A stretch of DNA of 44,740 bases from a virus (IMGVR_UViG_2617271072_000006:1-44740), one strand, 5' to 3'; shown: positions 27,843-40,050, counted from the stretch's first letter. Made by a program: numbers and translations. The notes: generated by a model from the letters alone, not told the origin.

Positions 27843-28249
27843 AAATTCGTCAGGCGCAGACCAGCGCAACCTACATTCTGCCGGACCCCGGTGAACTGAA
27901 TAAACGCGTCCTGATCCGCCAGCGGGTGGATATGCCCGCGGATAACTTTGGCGTGGAGCCTCAATACCCGGTTACGTTCCGGACATGGGCGAAGGTTATC
28001 CAGACCAGTGCCACCACCTGGCAGGAAACCGCGCAGACCGGGGACGCCATCACCCATTACATCACCATTCGCTACCGCCGGGGGATCACTGCTGATTATG
28101 AGGTGGTCTGTGATGACCGTGTGTACCGGGTGAAACGTCAGCGTGATCTGAACGGGGCGCGGCGCTTTCTGCTGCTGGAGTGTACGGAACTGGGTGCCGA
28201 AGAACAAATGGGAGGACGCAGTGGATCAGACAGCATTTTTACACGTTGA
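27839..28249 (+). CDS. Head closure / head-tail adaptor protein
   Basis: 136-aa ORF, overlapping neighbours, conserved order in HK97-type head modules. Confidence 0.6.
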   Translation: MKIRQAQTSATYILPDPGELNKRVLIRQRVDMPADNFGVEPQYPVTFRTWAKVIQTSATTWQETAQTGDAITHYITIRYRRGITADYEVVCDDRVYRVKRQRDLNGARRFLLLECTELGAEEQMGGRSGSDSIFTR

Positions 28250-28745
28250 TTTCAAACAACCGGAGGAGATGGAGTTTAACCGTGCCAGGCTCCGAAGGGC
28301 ATTTGTTCAAATCGGGCGTGTCTATATGCGTGATGCCCGGCGGCTGGTGATGCGACGTGGTCGGTCTGCTCCAGGTGAAAACCCCGGCTATCAGACCGGA
28401 CGACTTGCGCGTTCTATAGGTTATTACGTCCCCCGTAAAAGCTCCCGTCGTTCTGGCCTGATGGTCAGGATTTCCCCTAACCAGAAAAACGGGCAGGGTA
28501 ACCGGCGTTTTCCTGAAGGTTCTGCGTATTATCCGGCGTTTCTGTATTACGGTGTGCGTCATGCCGCATACGGGATGAGCAAAAAGGATAAGCGCCAGAA
28601 AAAGCAGCATTCATCCCGCTGGCGGCTGGCACCACGTAATAACTTTATGGCTGATGTCATCGACCAGCGTCGTTACTGGACACAAAAGTTACTGTCCCGT
28701 GAGTTACAGCGGTCATTACGTCCTGTAAGAAGGAAAAAAACATGA
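28194..28745 (+). CDS. HK97 gp10-like neck protein
   Basis: 183-aa Arg-rich ORF following the head closure gene. Confidence 0.55.
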   Translation: MPKNKWEDAVDQTAFLHVDFKQPEEMEFNRARLRRAFVQIGRVYMRDARRLVMRRGRSAPGENPGYQTGRLARSIGYYVPRKSSRRSGLMVRISPNQKNGQGNRRFPEGSAYYPAFLYYGVRHAAYGMSKKDKRQKKQHSSRWRLAPRNNFMADVIDQRRYWTQKLLSRELQRSLRPVRRKKT

Positions 28746-29302
28746 AACTGACTCCTGTTATTGCTGCGCTGCGTGCCCGCTGTCTGTATTTTGAAAACCG
28801 GGTGGCAGGCGCGGCACAGTTCAAAAATCTGCCGGAGGTCGGAAAGCTGAGACTCCCGGCGGCATATGTTGTACCGGGTGATGATTCTCCGGGAGAAAAC
28901 AAAAGCCAGACCGACTACTGGCAGGAGCTGAAAGAGGGCTTCTCCGTGGTTGTCATACTGAGTAACGGGCGTGATGAGCGCGGTCAGTTTGCCTCGTATG
29001 ATGTGGTGGACGATGTCCGGCAAATGCTCTTTAAGGCCCTGCTGGGCTGGAACCTGGAAGCGTGCGGTAATCCGATTACCTATGACGGTGGCACGCTGCT
29101 GGATCTGAATCGTCATGAGCTGATTTATCAGTTCGATTTTTCGGTCATCAGCGAGCTGACCGAAGACGATACCCGCCAGCAGGATGATCTGAACAGTCTG
29201 GATGAACTGCGAACGCTGGCGATTGATGTTGATTATCTCGATCCCGGTAACGGGCCTGACGGCGATATCGAACATCACACCGAAATAACCCTTCCTTCCT
29301 GA
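28742..29302 (+). CDS. Tail completion / terminator-like protein
   Basis: 186-aa ORF between neck genes and tail sheath. Confidence 0.5.
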   Translation: MKLTPVIAALRARCLYFENRVAGAAQFKNLPEVGKLRLPAAYVVPGDDSPGENKSQTDYWQELKEGFSVVVILSNGRDERGQFASYDVVDDVRQMLFKALLGWNLEACGNPITYDGGTLLDLNRHELIYQFDFSVISELTEDDTRQQDDLNSLDELRTLAIDVDYLDPGNGPDGDIEHHTEITLPS

Positions 29303-29464
29303 GAATCTTCATGTTTGTGAAACCTGTTAAAGGGCGGTCAGTTCCTGACCCTGCCCGCGGCGACCTTTTGCCCGCCGAGGGGCGAAATGTTGATGAGAAC
29401 AACTACTGGCTGCGCCGTGAAGCAGCGGGTGATATCCGGCGCGTGAATGAAAAGGTGAATACCG

Positions 29465-30960
29465 ATGACGATAAGCTTTAACTCCATTCCGTCGAATACG
29501 CTGGTTCCGATTTTTATGCGGAAATGGATAACTCGGCGGCGAATACTGCACAGGACAGCGGAGCATCGCTGCTGATTGGTCATGCCAATAACGGTGCAGA
29601 GATTGTTGCCAACAGTCTGGTGCTGATGCCATCGGCAGACTATGCACGCCAGATTTGTGGTGCGGGAAGTCAGTTGTCGCGTATGGTCGAGGCTTATCGC
29701 CAGACCGACCCGTTTGGTGAACTGTATGTGATTGCCGTTCCTGAATCCACGGGCGCGGCGGCAACAGTTACGCTGACGGTGACCGGAGCGGCAACCGAAA
29801 CCGGCACGGTGAATGTTTATGTGGGACGTACCCGCGTGCAGGCACCGGTGACCAACGGCGATAACGTCGCGACGATTGCCAGCAGTATCAAAGATGCCAT
29901 CAATGCCGTTCCGACCCTGCCGTTTACTGCCTCATCTTCGGCAGGCGTGATCACACTGACCGCGCGTCATAAGGGGCTTTGCGGGAATGAAATTCCTGTC
30001 AGCCTCAATTACTACGGCTTTGGTGGGGGCGAAGTGCTGCCAGCGGGCGTACAGATTGCCGTGGCGACGGGTACCGCTGGAACGGGCGCTCCTGTTCTCA
30101 CCGGCGCGGTGGCTGCAATGGCGGATGAGCCGTTTGATTATATCGGCCTGCCGTTCAACGACACGGCCTCCGTTAACACGCTGGTGACCGAGATGAACGA
30201 TACCAGCGGTCGCTGGAGCTATGCGCGTCAGCTGTATGGTCATGTGTATACGGCAAAGATCGGCACGCTGTCAGAACTGGTGACCGCAGGTGACCAGTTT
30301 AACCAGCAGCACATTACCCTGGAGGGATACGAAAAAGAGACCCCGACGCCTGCCGACGAGCTGGCGGCAAGCCGTACCGCCCGCGCAGCAGTGTTTATTC
30401 GCAACGATCCGGCACGTCCCACGCAGACCGGTGAGCTGGTGGGTATGCTGCCTGCGCCGAAGGGGAAACGGTTCACGATGACCGAACAACAGACCCTGCT
30501 GTCGCATGGCGTGGCAACGGCGTATGTCGAAAGCGGGGTGCTGCGCATTCAGCGTGATGTCACCACGTACAGGAAAAATGCTTACGGTGTTGCGGATAAC
30601 AGCTACCTCGACAGCGAGACGCTGCATACCAGCGCGTATGTGCTGCGCAAACTGAAATCCGTCATTACCAGTAAGTACGGGCGTCACAAGCTTGCCAGCG
30701 ACGGTACCCGCTTTGGTCCCGGTCAGGCGATTGTCACACCGGCGGTGATCAAAGGGGAACTGCTGACAACCTACCGTCAGCTTGAGCGTGCGGGGATCGT
30801 GGAAAACTACGAACTGTTTAAGCAGTACCTGGTTGTGGAGCGTGATGCCAGCGATCCGAACCGCCTGAACACGCTGTTCCCGCCTGACTATGTTAACCAG
30901 TTGCGTGTCTTTGCCGTGGTTAACCAGTTCCGTCTTCAGTATTCAGAGGAGTCTGCATAA
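29465..30960 (+). CDS. Contractile tail sheath protein (Mu gpL-like); N-terminus frameshifted as assembled
   Basis: ORF 29524-30960 (478 aa) extends to ATG 29465 (MTISFNSIPSNTLVPIFYAE-MDNSAAN) if the T5 run at 29511-29515 were T6; followed by a tube gene. Confidence 0.8.
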
Positions 30961-31316
30961 TGGCCCGTATCGGGGGAACCTGTTATTTCAAAATTGACGG
31001 TCAACAGCTATCGCTGACCGGCGGCATTGAGGTGCCCATGAACAGGACGGTCAATGATGACATCATCGGCCTGGACGGTTCAGTGGACCGCAAGGAAACT
31101 CACCGTGCGCCTTATGTCAAAGGGACTTTCAAGGTACCGAAGAATTTTCCGGTGAGCAAAATCACCTCGTCTGATGAGATGACCATCACTGCCGAGCTGG
31201 CGAACGGTCAGGTCTATGTATTGTCGTCTGCCTGGCTGCACGGTGAAGCGAACCATAATGCCGAAGAAGGCACGGTCGATATTGAATTTCACGGTGAAGA
31301 AGGGGATTACCAGTGA
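30960..31316 (+). CDS. Tail tube protein
   Basis: 118-aa ORF immediately after the sheath gene with ATGA overlap. Confidence 0.75.
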   Translation: MARIGGTCYFKIDGQQLSLTGGIEVPMNRTVNDDIIGLDGSVDRKETHRAPYVKGTFKVPKNFPVSKITSSDEMTITAELANGQVYVLSSAWLHGEANHNAEEGTVDIEFHGEEGDYQ

Positions 31317-31636
31317 TTGAGCTTGTACTTAAAAAACCGATCATCGCCCACAAAGAAACACTGCATGTGTTGGAAATACGTGAGCCTACGTATGACGAGA
31401 TTGAGGCGCTGGGGTTCCCTTTCTCTGTTTCGCCTGATGGTGGTATGAAAATGGACAGTCAGGTGGCGCTGAAATATATCCCGCTTCTGGCCGGGATCCC
31501 GCGCTCGTCTGCAGCGCAGATGACGAAGCTGGATATTTTCAAGGCAGGCATGATTGTAATGCGTTTTTTTACCGGCTTGGAGACGGAAGAGACCTCCGGA
31601 AGCGATTCTACAATGTCGCGTGGTTCTGGAAATTAA
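31313..31636 (+). CDS. Tail assembly chaperone
   Basis: 107-aa ORF between tube and tape-measure genes. Confidence 0.55.
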   Translation: MIELVLKKPIIAHKETLHVLEIREPTYDEIEALGFPFSVSPDGGMKMDSQVALKYIPLLAGIPRSSAAQMTKLDIFKAGMIVMRFFTGLETEETSGSDSTMSRGSGN

Positions 31637-31720
31637 ACCCCCTTGAACTTCGCCGGACGGCTATTTCTCACTTTGCTGATCTGGAGGCAGAGGCCGTCCG
31701 TATAAATGAGGAGATGAAGC

Positions 31721-33628
31721 ATGGCTGATAATTTTCAGCTGAAAGCCATCATCACCGCCGTTGACAGGCTATCCGGCCCGCTTAAAGGTATGCAGCGTCA
31801 GCTTAAGGGATTTCAGAAAGAAGTCTCCAGCCTTGCTCTGGGCGCTGCCGGGGCTGGTACTGCAATAATGGGGGCACTGGCACTCCCTGTAAAATCAGCC
31901 ATCACCCTTGAATCGAAGATGGCTGATGTCCGCAAAGTGGTGGACGGTCTGGATACGCCGGATGCATTTAAGGCCATGACGGAGCAGGTACGCGCTTTGT
32001 CTACAGAGCTTCCCATGTCTGCAGACGGGATCGCGGAAATTGTGGCGGCTGGCGGTCAGGCCGGGATTGCACGTGATGAACTGATGCAGTTTGCCACTGA
32101 TGCGGTGAAGATGGGCGTGGCCTTTGATACAACGGCTGAAGAGTCCGGGCAGATGATGGCCCAGTGGCGTACTGCGTTTAATATGACACAGGATGAAGTG
32201 GCTGGGCTGGCTGACAAAATCAACTACCTTGGTAATACCGGCCCGGCGAATGCGAAGAAAATCTCCGATATTGTTACGCGTATTGGTCCTTTAGGTGGTG
32301 TTGCTGGTGTGGCTTCCGGCGAAATCGCGGCGATGGGGGCAACCATTGCCGGGATGGGCGTGGAGTCAGAAATTGCCGCCACAGGGATCAAGAACTTCAT
32401 GCTTTCCCTGACCGCGGGAAATTCCGCGACAAAATCGCAGAAACAGGCATTGCGTTTTCTGCGGATCAATCCGAAGAAATTAGCTACTGATATGCAGAAA
32501 GATGCCCGGGGCACCATGCTGTCTGTACTGGATGCGATGGCTAAAGTGCCTAAAGAAAAACAGGCAGCTGTGCTGAATGCCCTGTTCGGGAAAGAGTCTC
32601 TGGGCGCGATAGCACCTCTGCTGACTAACCTTGATTTGTTGCGTACCAACTTCAGGCGGGTTGCGGATTCCCAGCAATATGGCAGTTCGATGCAGAAGGA
32701 ATATGCTTCGAGGGCAGCGACGACGGAAAACCAGCTTTTACTTCTGCAAAATCAACTTGATGCCATTTCTTCCACGCTGGGGGAAACGTTTCTTCCTGAG
32801 GTTAATGATGGTCTTGAAGCGGTAAAACCGCTCCTTGAGGAAGTGAGAACGTTTTGTCCGTGAAAACCCGGAGCTCGTTAAGACCATTGCTAAAATCGGT
32901 CTGGCCTTACTGACGGTGGGAGCCGCTGCAGGCTCTTTGTCCAGAATTATGAAAGTTCTCGGCGGTGTGATGAATATGACGCCTGCTAAGGGGCTGATTG
33001 CTCTTCTGGTTGGTGGCGCTTACCTCATTATTGATAACTGGGAAACCGTAGGTCCTGTCATAAAAAGTCTGGCACGTGGTGGATGAAACGGCGCAGGCGA
33101 TGGGGGGGATGGGAAACTGTTCTGAAAGCGATTGCCCTGTTTATGGCAACCAAATGGGTTGCTGACGTTACCAAATCCATTACCGCAGTGACCAGAGAGA
33201 TGCGTACGCTGGGGAAGGTATCGGCAGAAACGGGATTGATGGGGAAAGGCCGCGGCTTTATCGGGAAGGCCGGGGTATATGGTTTTCTGGGAACCCTGAT
33301 ATATGAGCCGGTTAAAGATACTCTGGAAAGTGTTGTTCCTGAAGATACGGTTAACTGGCTGGATAATAAAGGGCTGTTTCTGGCTTCAGACTGGACGCCT
33401 TTTTTTGATCGTAAAGAGTACGAGCAGTATCAGGCCAGCCTGAGTCAGTACAAACCCAATGTTCCGCTGTTGAATCCATCTTCTTCCATGACACAGCACA
33501 GCGAGCTGAAAGTCACGTTCGAGAATGCTCCGCCAGGTATGAAGATAATTGATGTACCGGGAAAAGCCGATCCCCTGATGAAAATCACGCACGATGTGGG
33601 GTATTCCCCTTTTCGTTTTCCACGATAA
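31721..33628 (+). CDS. Tail tape measure protein; two frameshifts as assembled
   Basis: ORF 31721-32863 and 33083-33628 are linked by an open frame 32856-33086 (VRENPELVKTIAKIGLALLTVGAAAG...); frame changes at the T4 run 32852-32855 and near 33071-33083. Confidence 0.8.
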
Positions 33629-33652
33629 CGCAGTCCTTTTTGAGGTCAGTCT

Positions 33653-35029
33653 ATGGATTTATCCTCATTTCCCACCCGACCTTCATTACTTTCGTCGTCT
33701 TCAGGCTGGCGTGACAGGCTTCAGGACGCGTCATTTCGCGGCGTGCCGTTTAAGGTTGAAGAAGAAAGTGCGGGAACCGGTCGCCGTGTGGAAACACATG
33801 AATACCCGAACCGCGACAAGCCCTATACCGAAGATCTGGGAAAAGTCACTTTCCGCCCGTCCATCACAGCTTATGTGGTGGGAGATGACTGCTTTGACCA
33901 GCGCGATCGCCTGATTGAAGCGCTGAATAAACCCGGTCCCGGCACGCTTGTCCACCCGACATATGGTGAGCTGAAAGTCTGTGTTGACGGGGAAGTTCGG
34001 GTCAGCACATCGAAAAGTGAAGGGCGTATTGTCCGCTTTGACCTGAAGTTTGTCGAAGCAGGAGAACTCTCTTACCCCACATCAGGTGCGGCGACGGCGC
34101 AGACGCTGATGTCATCCTGTTCTGCACTGGATGACTGCATTAGTGACAGCTTCAGCGGTTTCAGTATCGATGGTGTGGCGGATTTCGTGCAGAACGACGT
34201 TATCGGTAATGCCAGCATAATGCTGGGGTATGTTTCTGATGCGATGAAAGTGGTGGATTCTGCCGTATCGGATGCCGCCAGGCTGTTGCAGGGGGATATC
34301 TCGGTACTTCTGCCGCCGCCATCGTCAGGCAAAAATTTCGTTGAGCAGGTGCAGAAAATGTGGCGTACCGGGAAACGCCTTTATGGTAACGCCAGCGACC
34401 TGGTTACCATGATCAAAACGCTTTCCGGTGTCAGCCTCGGCAGCGATCTGCAACCGCGCGGCGTCTGGAAAACGGACAGTAAAACCACCGCCACGGCGAC
34501 GCAGCAGCGTAACGTGGTTGCCAGCACCCTTCGTACGACCGCAATCAGCGAAGTGGCGTATGCCGTCACCCGATTGCCTGCGCCAACAACTTCCGCGGTG
34601 ATGCAGAATTCCGCAGTGGGGCAGGCAACAACACCCGCGCAGAGCACTGGCTGGCCTTCCGTCACGCATCCGGCACTGAACAATGCACCGGCGGTGAAAA
34701 ACACGGTTGACCTGCCGACGTGGGAAGAACTGACTGACATTCGCGACACACTGAATACGGCAATTGATAAGGAGTTGTCCCGTACAACCAGTGATGCGCT
34801 GTTTCTGGCGCTGCGCCGGGTGAAAGCAGATCTGAATGCGGATATCAACACGCGCCTTGAACAGTCTGCACGGATCATTCAGCGCACACCGGATGAGGTT
34901 TTACCCGCGCTGGTGCTGGCGGCGACCTGGTTTGATAACGCGGCGCGTGACGCGGACATTATCCGGCGTAATGCCATTACGCATCCCGGCTTTGTGCCGG
35001 TGATCCCTCTGAAGGTGCCAGTGCAATGA
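33653..35029 (+). CDS. Mu gpN-like DNA circularisation / tail protein
   Basis: 458-aa ORF with DRLQDASFRGVPFKVEEE N-terminal motif; position between tape measure and baseplate hub. Confidence 0.7.
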   Translation: MDLSSFPTRPSLLSSSSGWRDRLQDASFRGVPFKVEEESAGTGRRVETHEYPNRDKPYTEDLGKVTFRPSITAYVVGDDCFDQRDRLIEALNKPGPGTLVHPTYGELKVCVDGEVRVSTSKSEGRIVRFDLKFVEAGELSYPTSGAATAQTLMSSCSALDDCISDSFSGFSIDGVADFVQNDVIGNASIMLGYVSDAMKVVDSAVSDAARLLQGDISVLLPPPSSGKNFVEQVQKMWRTGKRLYGNASDLVTMIKTLSGVSLGSDLQPRGVWKTDSKTTATATQQRNVVASTLRTTAISEVAYAVTRLPAPTTSAVMQNSAVGQATTPAQSTGWPSVTHPALNNAPAVKNTVDLPTWEELTDIRDTLNTAIDKELSRTTSDALFLALRRVKADLNADINTRLEQSARIIQRTPDEVLPALVLAATWFDNAARDADIIRRNAITHPGFVPVIPLKVPVQ

Positions 35030-36105
35030 ACGACAATGTCACGCTACGGGTAAATGGCCGGGAGTGGAATGGCTGGACATCGGTGCGCATCGGTGCCGGT
35101 ATTGAACGGCTGGCGCGGGATTTCAGTGTGGAGATCACCCGCCAGTGGCCGGGAGATGAGGGTATCACCACGCTTCAGCCGCGCATTAAAAACGGTTCAA
35201 AAGTGGAAGTGCTGATTGGTGATGAGCTGGTGATCACCGGCTGGGTGGAGGCGACGCCCGTTCGTTACGATGCCCGTTCGGTCAGCACCGGTATTGCCGG
35301 ACGTAGTCTGACGGCTGACCTGATTGACTGTGCAGCCGAACCGACACAGTTTAACGGACGCTCGCTGGTGCAGATTGCGCAGGCGCTTGCTGCGCCTTTC
35401 GGCATTGAGGTGGTGAACAGCGGTGCGCCGTCGGGTGTTATTCCTGATGTTCAGCCTGATCACGGTGAAACGGTGATTGAGGTAATCAACAAAATACTCG
35501 GTCAGCAGCAGGCACTGGCTTACGACGACCCGCACGGCAGGCTGGTGATTGGCGGTATTGGCTCAACGCGGGCACATACTGCGCTGGTACTCGGGGAAAA
35601 CATCCTTTCCTGTGATACGGAGAAGAGTATCCGGGAGCGGTTTTCTGTTTACCAGGTGGCGGGGCAGCGTGCCGGAAACGACGATGATTTCGGTGAGGCC
35701 ACCACCACCGCGCTGCGGGCCCGCACAGAGGACGCATTTATTGCCCGTTACCGTCCGATGTATATCAGGCAGACAGGGCAGGCTACGGGGGCAGGCTGTA
35801 TTGCCCGTGCGGACTTTGAAGCCAGACAACGGGCGGCGCGGACGGATGAAACCACCTATGTGGTGCAGGGCTGGCGACAGGGTAACGGTACGCTGTGGCA
35901 GCCCAACCAGCGGGTGATTGTCTTTGATCCGGTCTGTGGTTTCGACAATACCGAACTGCTTGTTTCGGAAGTCACGTTTACTCAGGACCAGAACGGCACC
36001 CTGACGGAAATCCGTGTCGGCCCACCTGATGCTTATCTGCCTGAACCCGAAGCCCCCGGCGCGCGAAAAAAGAAAAAAGCCAGAGTACAGGAGGACCCGT
36101 TCTGA
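35026..36105 (+). CDS. Mu gpP-like baseplate hub protein
   Basis: 359-aa ORF; conserved order N-P-gp45-gp46-gp47-gp48 of Mu-type tails. Confidence 0.7.
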   Translation: MNDNVTLRVNGREWNGWTSVRIGAGIERLARDFSVEITRQWPGDEGITTLQPRIKNGSKVEVLIGDELVITGWVEATPVRYDARSVSTGIAGRSLTADLIDCAAEPTQFNGRSLVQIAQALAAPFGIEVVNSGAPSGVIPDVQPDHGETVIEVINKILGQQQALAYDDPHGRLVIGGIGSTRAHTALVLGENILSCDTEKSIRERFSVYQVAGQRAGNDDDFGEATTTALRARTEDAFIARYRPMYIRQTGQATGAGCIARADFEARQRAARTDETTYVVQGWRQGNGTLWQPNQRVIVFDPVCGFDNTELLVSEVTFTQDQNGTLTEIRVGPPDAYLPEPEAPGARKKKKARVQEDPF

Positions 36106-36653
36106 TGAGGACGATTGAAGCCATGCAGCGACAACTCCTCGGCCTGATTGGGCGGGCCGTGGTGAAAAGCATCAGTGCCGCCACGAAATGTCAGACCGTG
36201 GATGTGTCTCTGATTGCCGGTGAACCCAAAGCCGGGGTTGAACATCTTGAACCCTACGGTTTTACCGCAAGGGCAAACAGCGGTGCGGAAGCGGTGGTGT
36301 TGTTTCCGGATGGCGACCGTTCTCATGCGGTGGTTGTTACGGTGTCGGACCGGCGCTACCGCCTGAAAGGGCTGCAGACGGGTGAGGTGGCTGTCTATGA
36401 CGATCAGGGGCAGTCCGTGACGCTGACCCGGGAGGGGATCGTGGTGGACGGTGCAGGTAAAACGATCACGTTTCGCAATGCGCCTAAGGCTCGTTTTGAA
36501 ATGGACCTGGAAGTGACCGGACAGGTGAAAGACCTGTGCGACTCCAGCGGCACCACCATGTCAGCGATGCGGCTTGCCTATAACGGGCATCGTCACAGAG
36601 AGAACGGTCAGGGCAGTAACACCGACAAACCTGATAAAGCGATGGAGGCATGA
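36105..36653 (+). CDS. Baseplate assembly/spike protein (Mu gp45 / gpV-like)
   Basis: 182-aa ORF following the hub gene. Confidence 0.7.
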   Translation: MRTIEAMQRQLLGLIGRAVVKSISAATKCQTVDVSLIAGEPKAGVEHLEPYGFTARANSGAEAVVLFPDGDRSHAVVVTVSDRRYRLKGLQTGEVAVYDDQGQSVTLTREGIVVDGAGKTITFRNAPKARFEMDLEVTGQVKDLCDSSGTTMSAMRLAYNGHRHRENGQGSNTDKPDKAMEA

Positions 36654-37078
36654 TGGAACTGTGGCTGACGGTGAACGGTAAACGCACCTGCGCTAGCGCA
36701 CCGCTGGATCCGCTGACCCGTGCCGTGGTGATTTCCCTGTTCACCTGGCGGCGGGCTGAACCTGATGACAATGCCGACGTCCCGATGGGATGGTGGGGGG
36801 ATACCTGGCCTGCGGTACAGAATGACCGTTACGGCTCCCGACTGTGGCTGCTTCAGCGCAGCAAACTGACCAATCAGCTGGTGCAGACGGTAAGGGGGTA
36901 TATCCGCGAATGCCTGCAATGGATGATTGATGACGGCGTGGTGTCCCGTATTGATCTGGATATCCGCCGCACCGGGATTAATGAACTGGGTAACAGTATC
37001 ACTCTCTGGCGTCGTGACGGACCGGTAATGATTTCTTTTGATGATCTGTGGAGTGCGATAACGCATGGCGGACAGTGA
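36650..37078 (+). CDS. Mu gp46-like baseplate protein
   Basis: 142-aa ORF in conserved position. Confidence 0.7.
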   Translation: MMELWLTVNGKRTCASAPLDPLTRAVVISLFTWRRAEPDDNADVPMGWWGDTWPAVQNDRYGSRLWLLQRSKLTNQLVQTVRGYIRECLQWMIDDGVVSRIDLDIRRTGINELGNSITLWRRDGPVMISFDDLWSAITHGGQ

Positions 37079-38123
37079 ATTTCAGCGCCCGACGCTGGCA
37101 GAAAATATCAGTATGCTCCGTAACGATTTATTCGCCAGGCTGGACGTCAGCGACACGCTCCGGCGCATGGATGAAGACGTGCGGGCAAAGGTGTATGCGG
37201 CGGCGCTGCATACGGTTTACGGTTACATCGATTATCTGGCAATGAACATGCTGCCTGACCTGTGCGATGAGTCCTGGCTGGCGCGACATGCTGCGATGAA
37301 ACGGTGTCCGCGCAAGGGGGCCACGGCTGCCAGCGGGTATATGCGCTGGGAAGGTGTCAGCGATGGCCTGAAAGTGACCGCCGGGAGCGTGATTCAGCGC
37401 GATGACCTGGTTCAGTACACGGCAACTGCCGATGCAACCAGCTCCGGTGGTGTCCTGCGCGTGCCGATCGCCTGCTCAAGTGCAGGCGCGGTCGGTAACG
37501 CTGACGACGGTACGGCATTAATCCTGGTCACGCCGGTGAATGGTCTGCCGTCTTCCGGTGTGGCTGACACCCTGACAGGCGGATTTGATACTGAAGAGCT
37601 GGAAACGTGGCGCGCCCGCGTCATTGAGCGGTATTACTGGACGCCTCAGGGCGGGGCTGACGGGGACTATGTCGTCTGGGCTAAAGAAGTGCCCGGCATT
37701 ACCCGCGCATGGACATACCGACACTGGATGGGAACGGGGACTGTCGGTGTGATGATTGCCAGCAGTGACCTGATTAATCCCATTCCGGAAGAGTCAACGG
37801 AAACGGCGGCAAGACAACATATCGGGCCATTGGCCCCGGTGGCAGGCTCTGATTTGTATGTATTCAGGCCGGTGGCGCATAAAGTGGATTTTCATATCCG
37901 CGTGACGCCGGACACACCGGAAATACGGGCTGCCATCACCGCCGAGTTGCGTTCGTTCCTGCTGCGTGATGGTTATCCGCAGGGAGAACTGAAGGTGTCA
38001 CGTATCAGTGAAGCGATTTCCGGTGCGAACGGGGAATACAGCCATCAGTTGCTTGCACCGGCAGACAATATCTCCATTGCAAAAAATGAGCTGGCAGTTC
38101 TGGGGACGATTTCATGGACGTGA
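37065..38123 (+). CDS. Baseplate J-like protein (Mu gp47-like)
   Basis: 352-aa ORF in conserved position. Confidence 0.75.
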   Translation: MADSEFQRPTLAENISMLRNDLFARLDVSDTLRRMDEDVRAKVYAAALHTVYGYIDYLAMNMLPDLCDESWLARHAAMKRCPRKGATAASGYMRWEGVSDGLKVTAGSVIQRDDLVQYTATADATSSGGVLRVPIACSSAGAVGNADDGTALILVTPVNGLPSSGVADTLTGGFDTEELETWRARVIERYYWTPQGGADGDYVVWAKEVPGITRAWTYRHWMGTGTVGVMIASSDLINPIPEESTETAARQHIGPLAPVAGSDLYVFRPVAHKVDFHIRVTPDTPEIRAAITAELRSFLLRDGYPQGELKVSRISEAISGANGEYSHQLLAPADNISIAKNELAVLGTISWT

Positions 38124-38698
38124 CAAACGATGATTATATCCGTCTGTTGTCGGCACTGTTGCCGCCCGGTCCGGCGTGGTCAGTCAGCGATCCGGCGATT
38201 GCCGGTGCGGCACCGTCATTAACCCGCGTTCATCAGCGTGCGGATGCCCTGATGCGGGAGCTGGATCCGCGCACCACCACTGAACTGATAAACCGCTGGG
38301 AGCGTCTGTGCGGTCTGCCGGATGAATGTATTCCCGCAGGGACACAGACCCTTCGCCAGCGTCAGCAACGGCTGGATGCGAAGGTTAATCTGGCGGGCGG
38401 CATCAATGAGGATTTTTACCTTGCACAGCTTGCTGCCCTGGGCAGACCAGACGCCACTATCACGCGATACGATAAAAGCACGTTCACCTGCTCATCGGCC
38501 TGTACTGACGCAGTGAATGCGCTGGAATGGCGGTATTACTGGCAGGTCAACATGCCAGCTGCCACCAACACCACCTGGATGACATGTGGCGATCCCTGTG
38601 ATTCCGCACTGCGTATCTGGGGCGACACCGTTGTCGAGTGTGTGCTTAACAAACTCTGCCCGTCGCATACCTACGTAATTTTTAAATATCCGGAGTAA
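38114..38698 (+). CDS. Mu gp48-like tail protein
   Basis: 194-aa ORF between baseplate J and tail fibre genes. Confidence 0.7.
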   Translation: MDVTNDDYIRLLSALLPPGPAWSVSDPAIAGAAPSLTRVHQRADALMRELDPRTTTELINRWERLCGLPDECIPAGTQTLRQRQQRLDAKVNLAGGINEDFYLAQLAALGRPDATITRYDKSTFTCSSACTDAVNALEWRYYWQVNMPAATNTTWMTCGDPCDSALRIWGDTVVECVLNKLCPSHTYVIFKYPE

Positions 38699-38701
38699 TC
38701 C

Positions 38702-39457
38702 ATGCATCGTATAGACACGAAAACCGCGCAGAAGGATAAGTTCGGCGCGGGTAAGAACGGTTTTACCCGTGGTAACCCCCAGACCGGCACACCTGCCACC
38801 GATCTGGATGATGACTACTTTGACATGTTGCAGGAGGAGCTTTGCGGCGTGGTGGAGGCATCCGGTGCCAGCCTGGAGAAGGGGCGGCACGACCAGCTGC
38901 TTACCGCGCTTAGTGCGCTACTGTTAAGCCGCAAAAATCCGTTTGGCGATATCAAATCGGACGGCACGGTGAAAACGGCTCTCGAAAACCTTGGTTTGGG
39001 AGAAGGCTCTGCATTACCTGTTGGTGTGCCTGTTCCGTGGCCCTCAGCCACTCCGCCAACAGGCTGGCTAAAATGCAACGGAGCAGCTTTTTCTGCTGAA
39101 GAATACCCGGAACTGGCAAAGGCTTACCCGACAAATAAATTGCCTGATTTACGCGGTGAATTTATTCGTGGCTGGGATGACGGACGTGGAGTGGATGCCG
39201 GGCGACAATTATTATCTTCACAGGGGGATGCAATAAGAAATATTGAGGGATTCGCAGATGGCGGGATCGGCATGTCTTTTGATGCAATCAGAGGGGCTTT
39301 TTACGATGCAGGAACACGATCAGCGAGAATGCCGAATAACACAACTGATATAGGCAAAACCGATGACCTTGGATTCGACGCCTCTCGTGTCGTGCCAACA
39401 GCTAATGAAAACCGTCCACGTAACATCGCCTTTAATTATATTGTGAGGGCTGCATAA
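38702..39457 (+). CDS. Tail fibre protein, constant N-terminal part plus variable C-terminal tip 1 (Mu S / P2 H-type)
   Basis: 251-aa ORF; first 102 aa identical to the inverted copy at 40452-41036; tip contains PWP...[23 protein letters not shown]...[17 protein letters not shown]. Confidence 0.85.
   Translation: MHRIDTKTAQKDKFGAGKNGFTRGNPQTGTPATDLDDDYFDMLQEELCGVVEASGASLEKGRHDQLLTALSALLLSRKNPFGDIKSDGTVKTALENLGLGEGSALPVGVPVPWPSATPPTGWLKCNGAAFSAEEYPELAKAYPTNKLPDLRGEFIRGWDDGRGVDAGRQLLSSQGDAIRNIEGFADGGIGMSFDAIRGAFYDAGTRSARMPNNTTDIGKTDDLGFDASRVVPTANENRPRNIAFNYIVRAA
38981..39004 (+). other. Din-invertase-type crossover site (gix/hix/cix-like) at the constant/variable junction of tail fibre gene 1
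   Basis: CTCGAAAACC-TT-GGTTTGGGAGAA: dyad AAAACC..GGTTT with TTCTC-type outer half-sites, resembling hix/gix consensus as recalled. Confidence 0.6.
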
Positions 39458-40050
39458 TGAAACCTGTTTTTGATGAAAATGGGCTGGCTACAGTGCCGGG
39501 TGATATGCGTTGTTATTATTATGATGCAGTAACGTCTGAATATACGGGCTGGTCTGATGAATATATTAATACTGGCGTAAGTATGCCCGCCTGTTCCACT
39601 GGTATTGACCCGGGCGAATACATTCCGGGGCAAGTGGCAGTATTCACGGGTAAGGGATGGAGCCATGAAGAAGACCATCGCAATGAGACTGTTTACTCAA
39701 CAGAAAATGGCGCAGCTGTTACAGTGGATTATATCGGTGCCATCAAAGACGGTTATGTCACGCTTTCACCGTTAACGCCATATGATAAATGGGATGGTGA
39801 GAAATGGGTGACAGATACTGAGGCACAACACGATGCCGCAGTAGAAGCGGCAGAAGCACAGCGCCAGTCACTGATTGATGCAGCAATGGCTTCCATTAGT
39901 CTGATTCAGCTGAAATTACAGGCCGGGCGGAAACTGACGCAGGCAGAAACAACCCGGCTTAACGCTGTGCTGGATTACATTGACGCGGTGACGGCAACAG
40001 ATACCAGCACCGCGCCGGATGTCATCTGGCCTGAACTGCCGGAGGCGTAG
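39457..40050 (+). CDS. Tail fibre assembly chaperone (Tfa) for tip 1
   Basis: 197-aa ORF directly after fibre tip 1; C-terminal [11 protein letters not shown] motif shared with the convergent tfa. Confidence 0.8.
   Translation: MKPVFDENGLATVPGDMRCYYYDAVTSEYTGWSDEYINTGVSMPACSTGIDPGEYIPGQVAVFTGKGWSHEEDHRNETVYSTENGAAVTVDYIGAIKDGYVTLSPLTPYDKWDGEKWVTDTEAQHDAAVEAAEAQRQSLIDAAMASISLIQLKLQAGRKLTQAETTRLNAVLDYIDAVTATDTSTAPDVIWPELPEA

Larger units (their letters stand above)
34996..39004 (+). repeat. Left arm of a >4-kb inverted duplication (tail module copy 1)
   Basis: gpN 3' end through fibre constant region is mirrored at 40734-44740 with ~97-98% protein identity. Confidence 0.85.

Noticed and set aside
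31560-31640. Programmed -1 frameshift at the T7 run (31566-31572) in the tail assembly chaperone
   Set aside because: The -1 frame after the slippery run closes after ~25 codons and does not create an extended product reaching the tape-measure gene.
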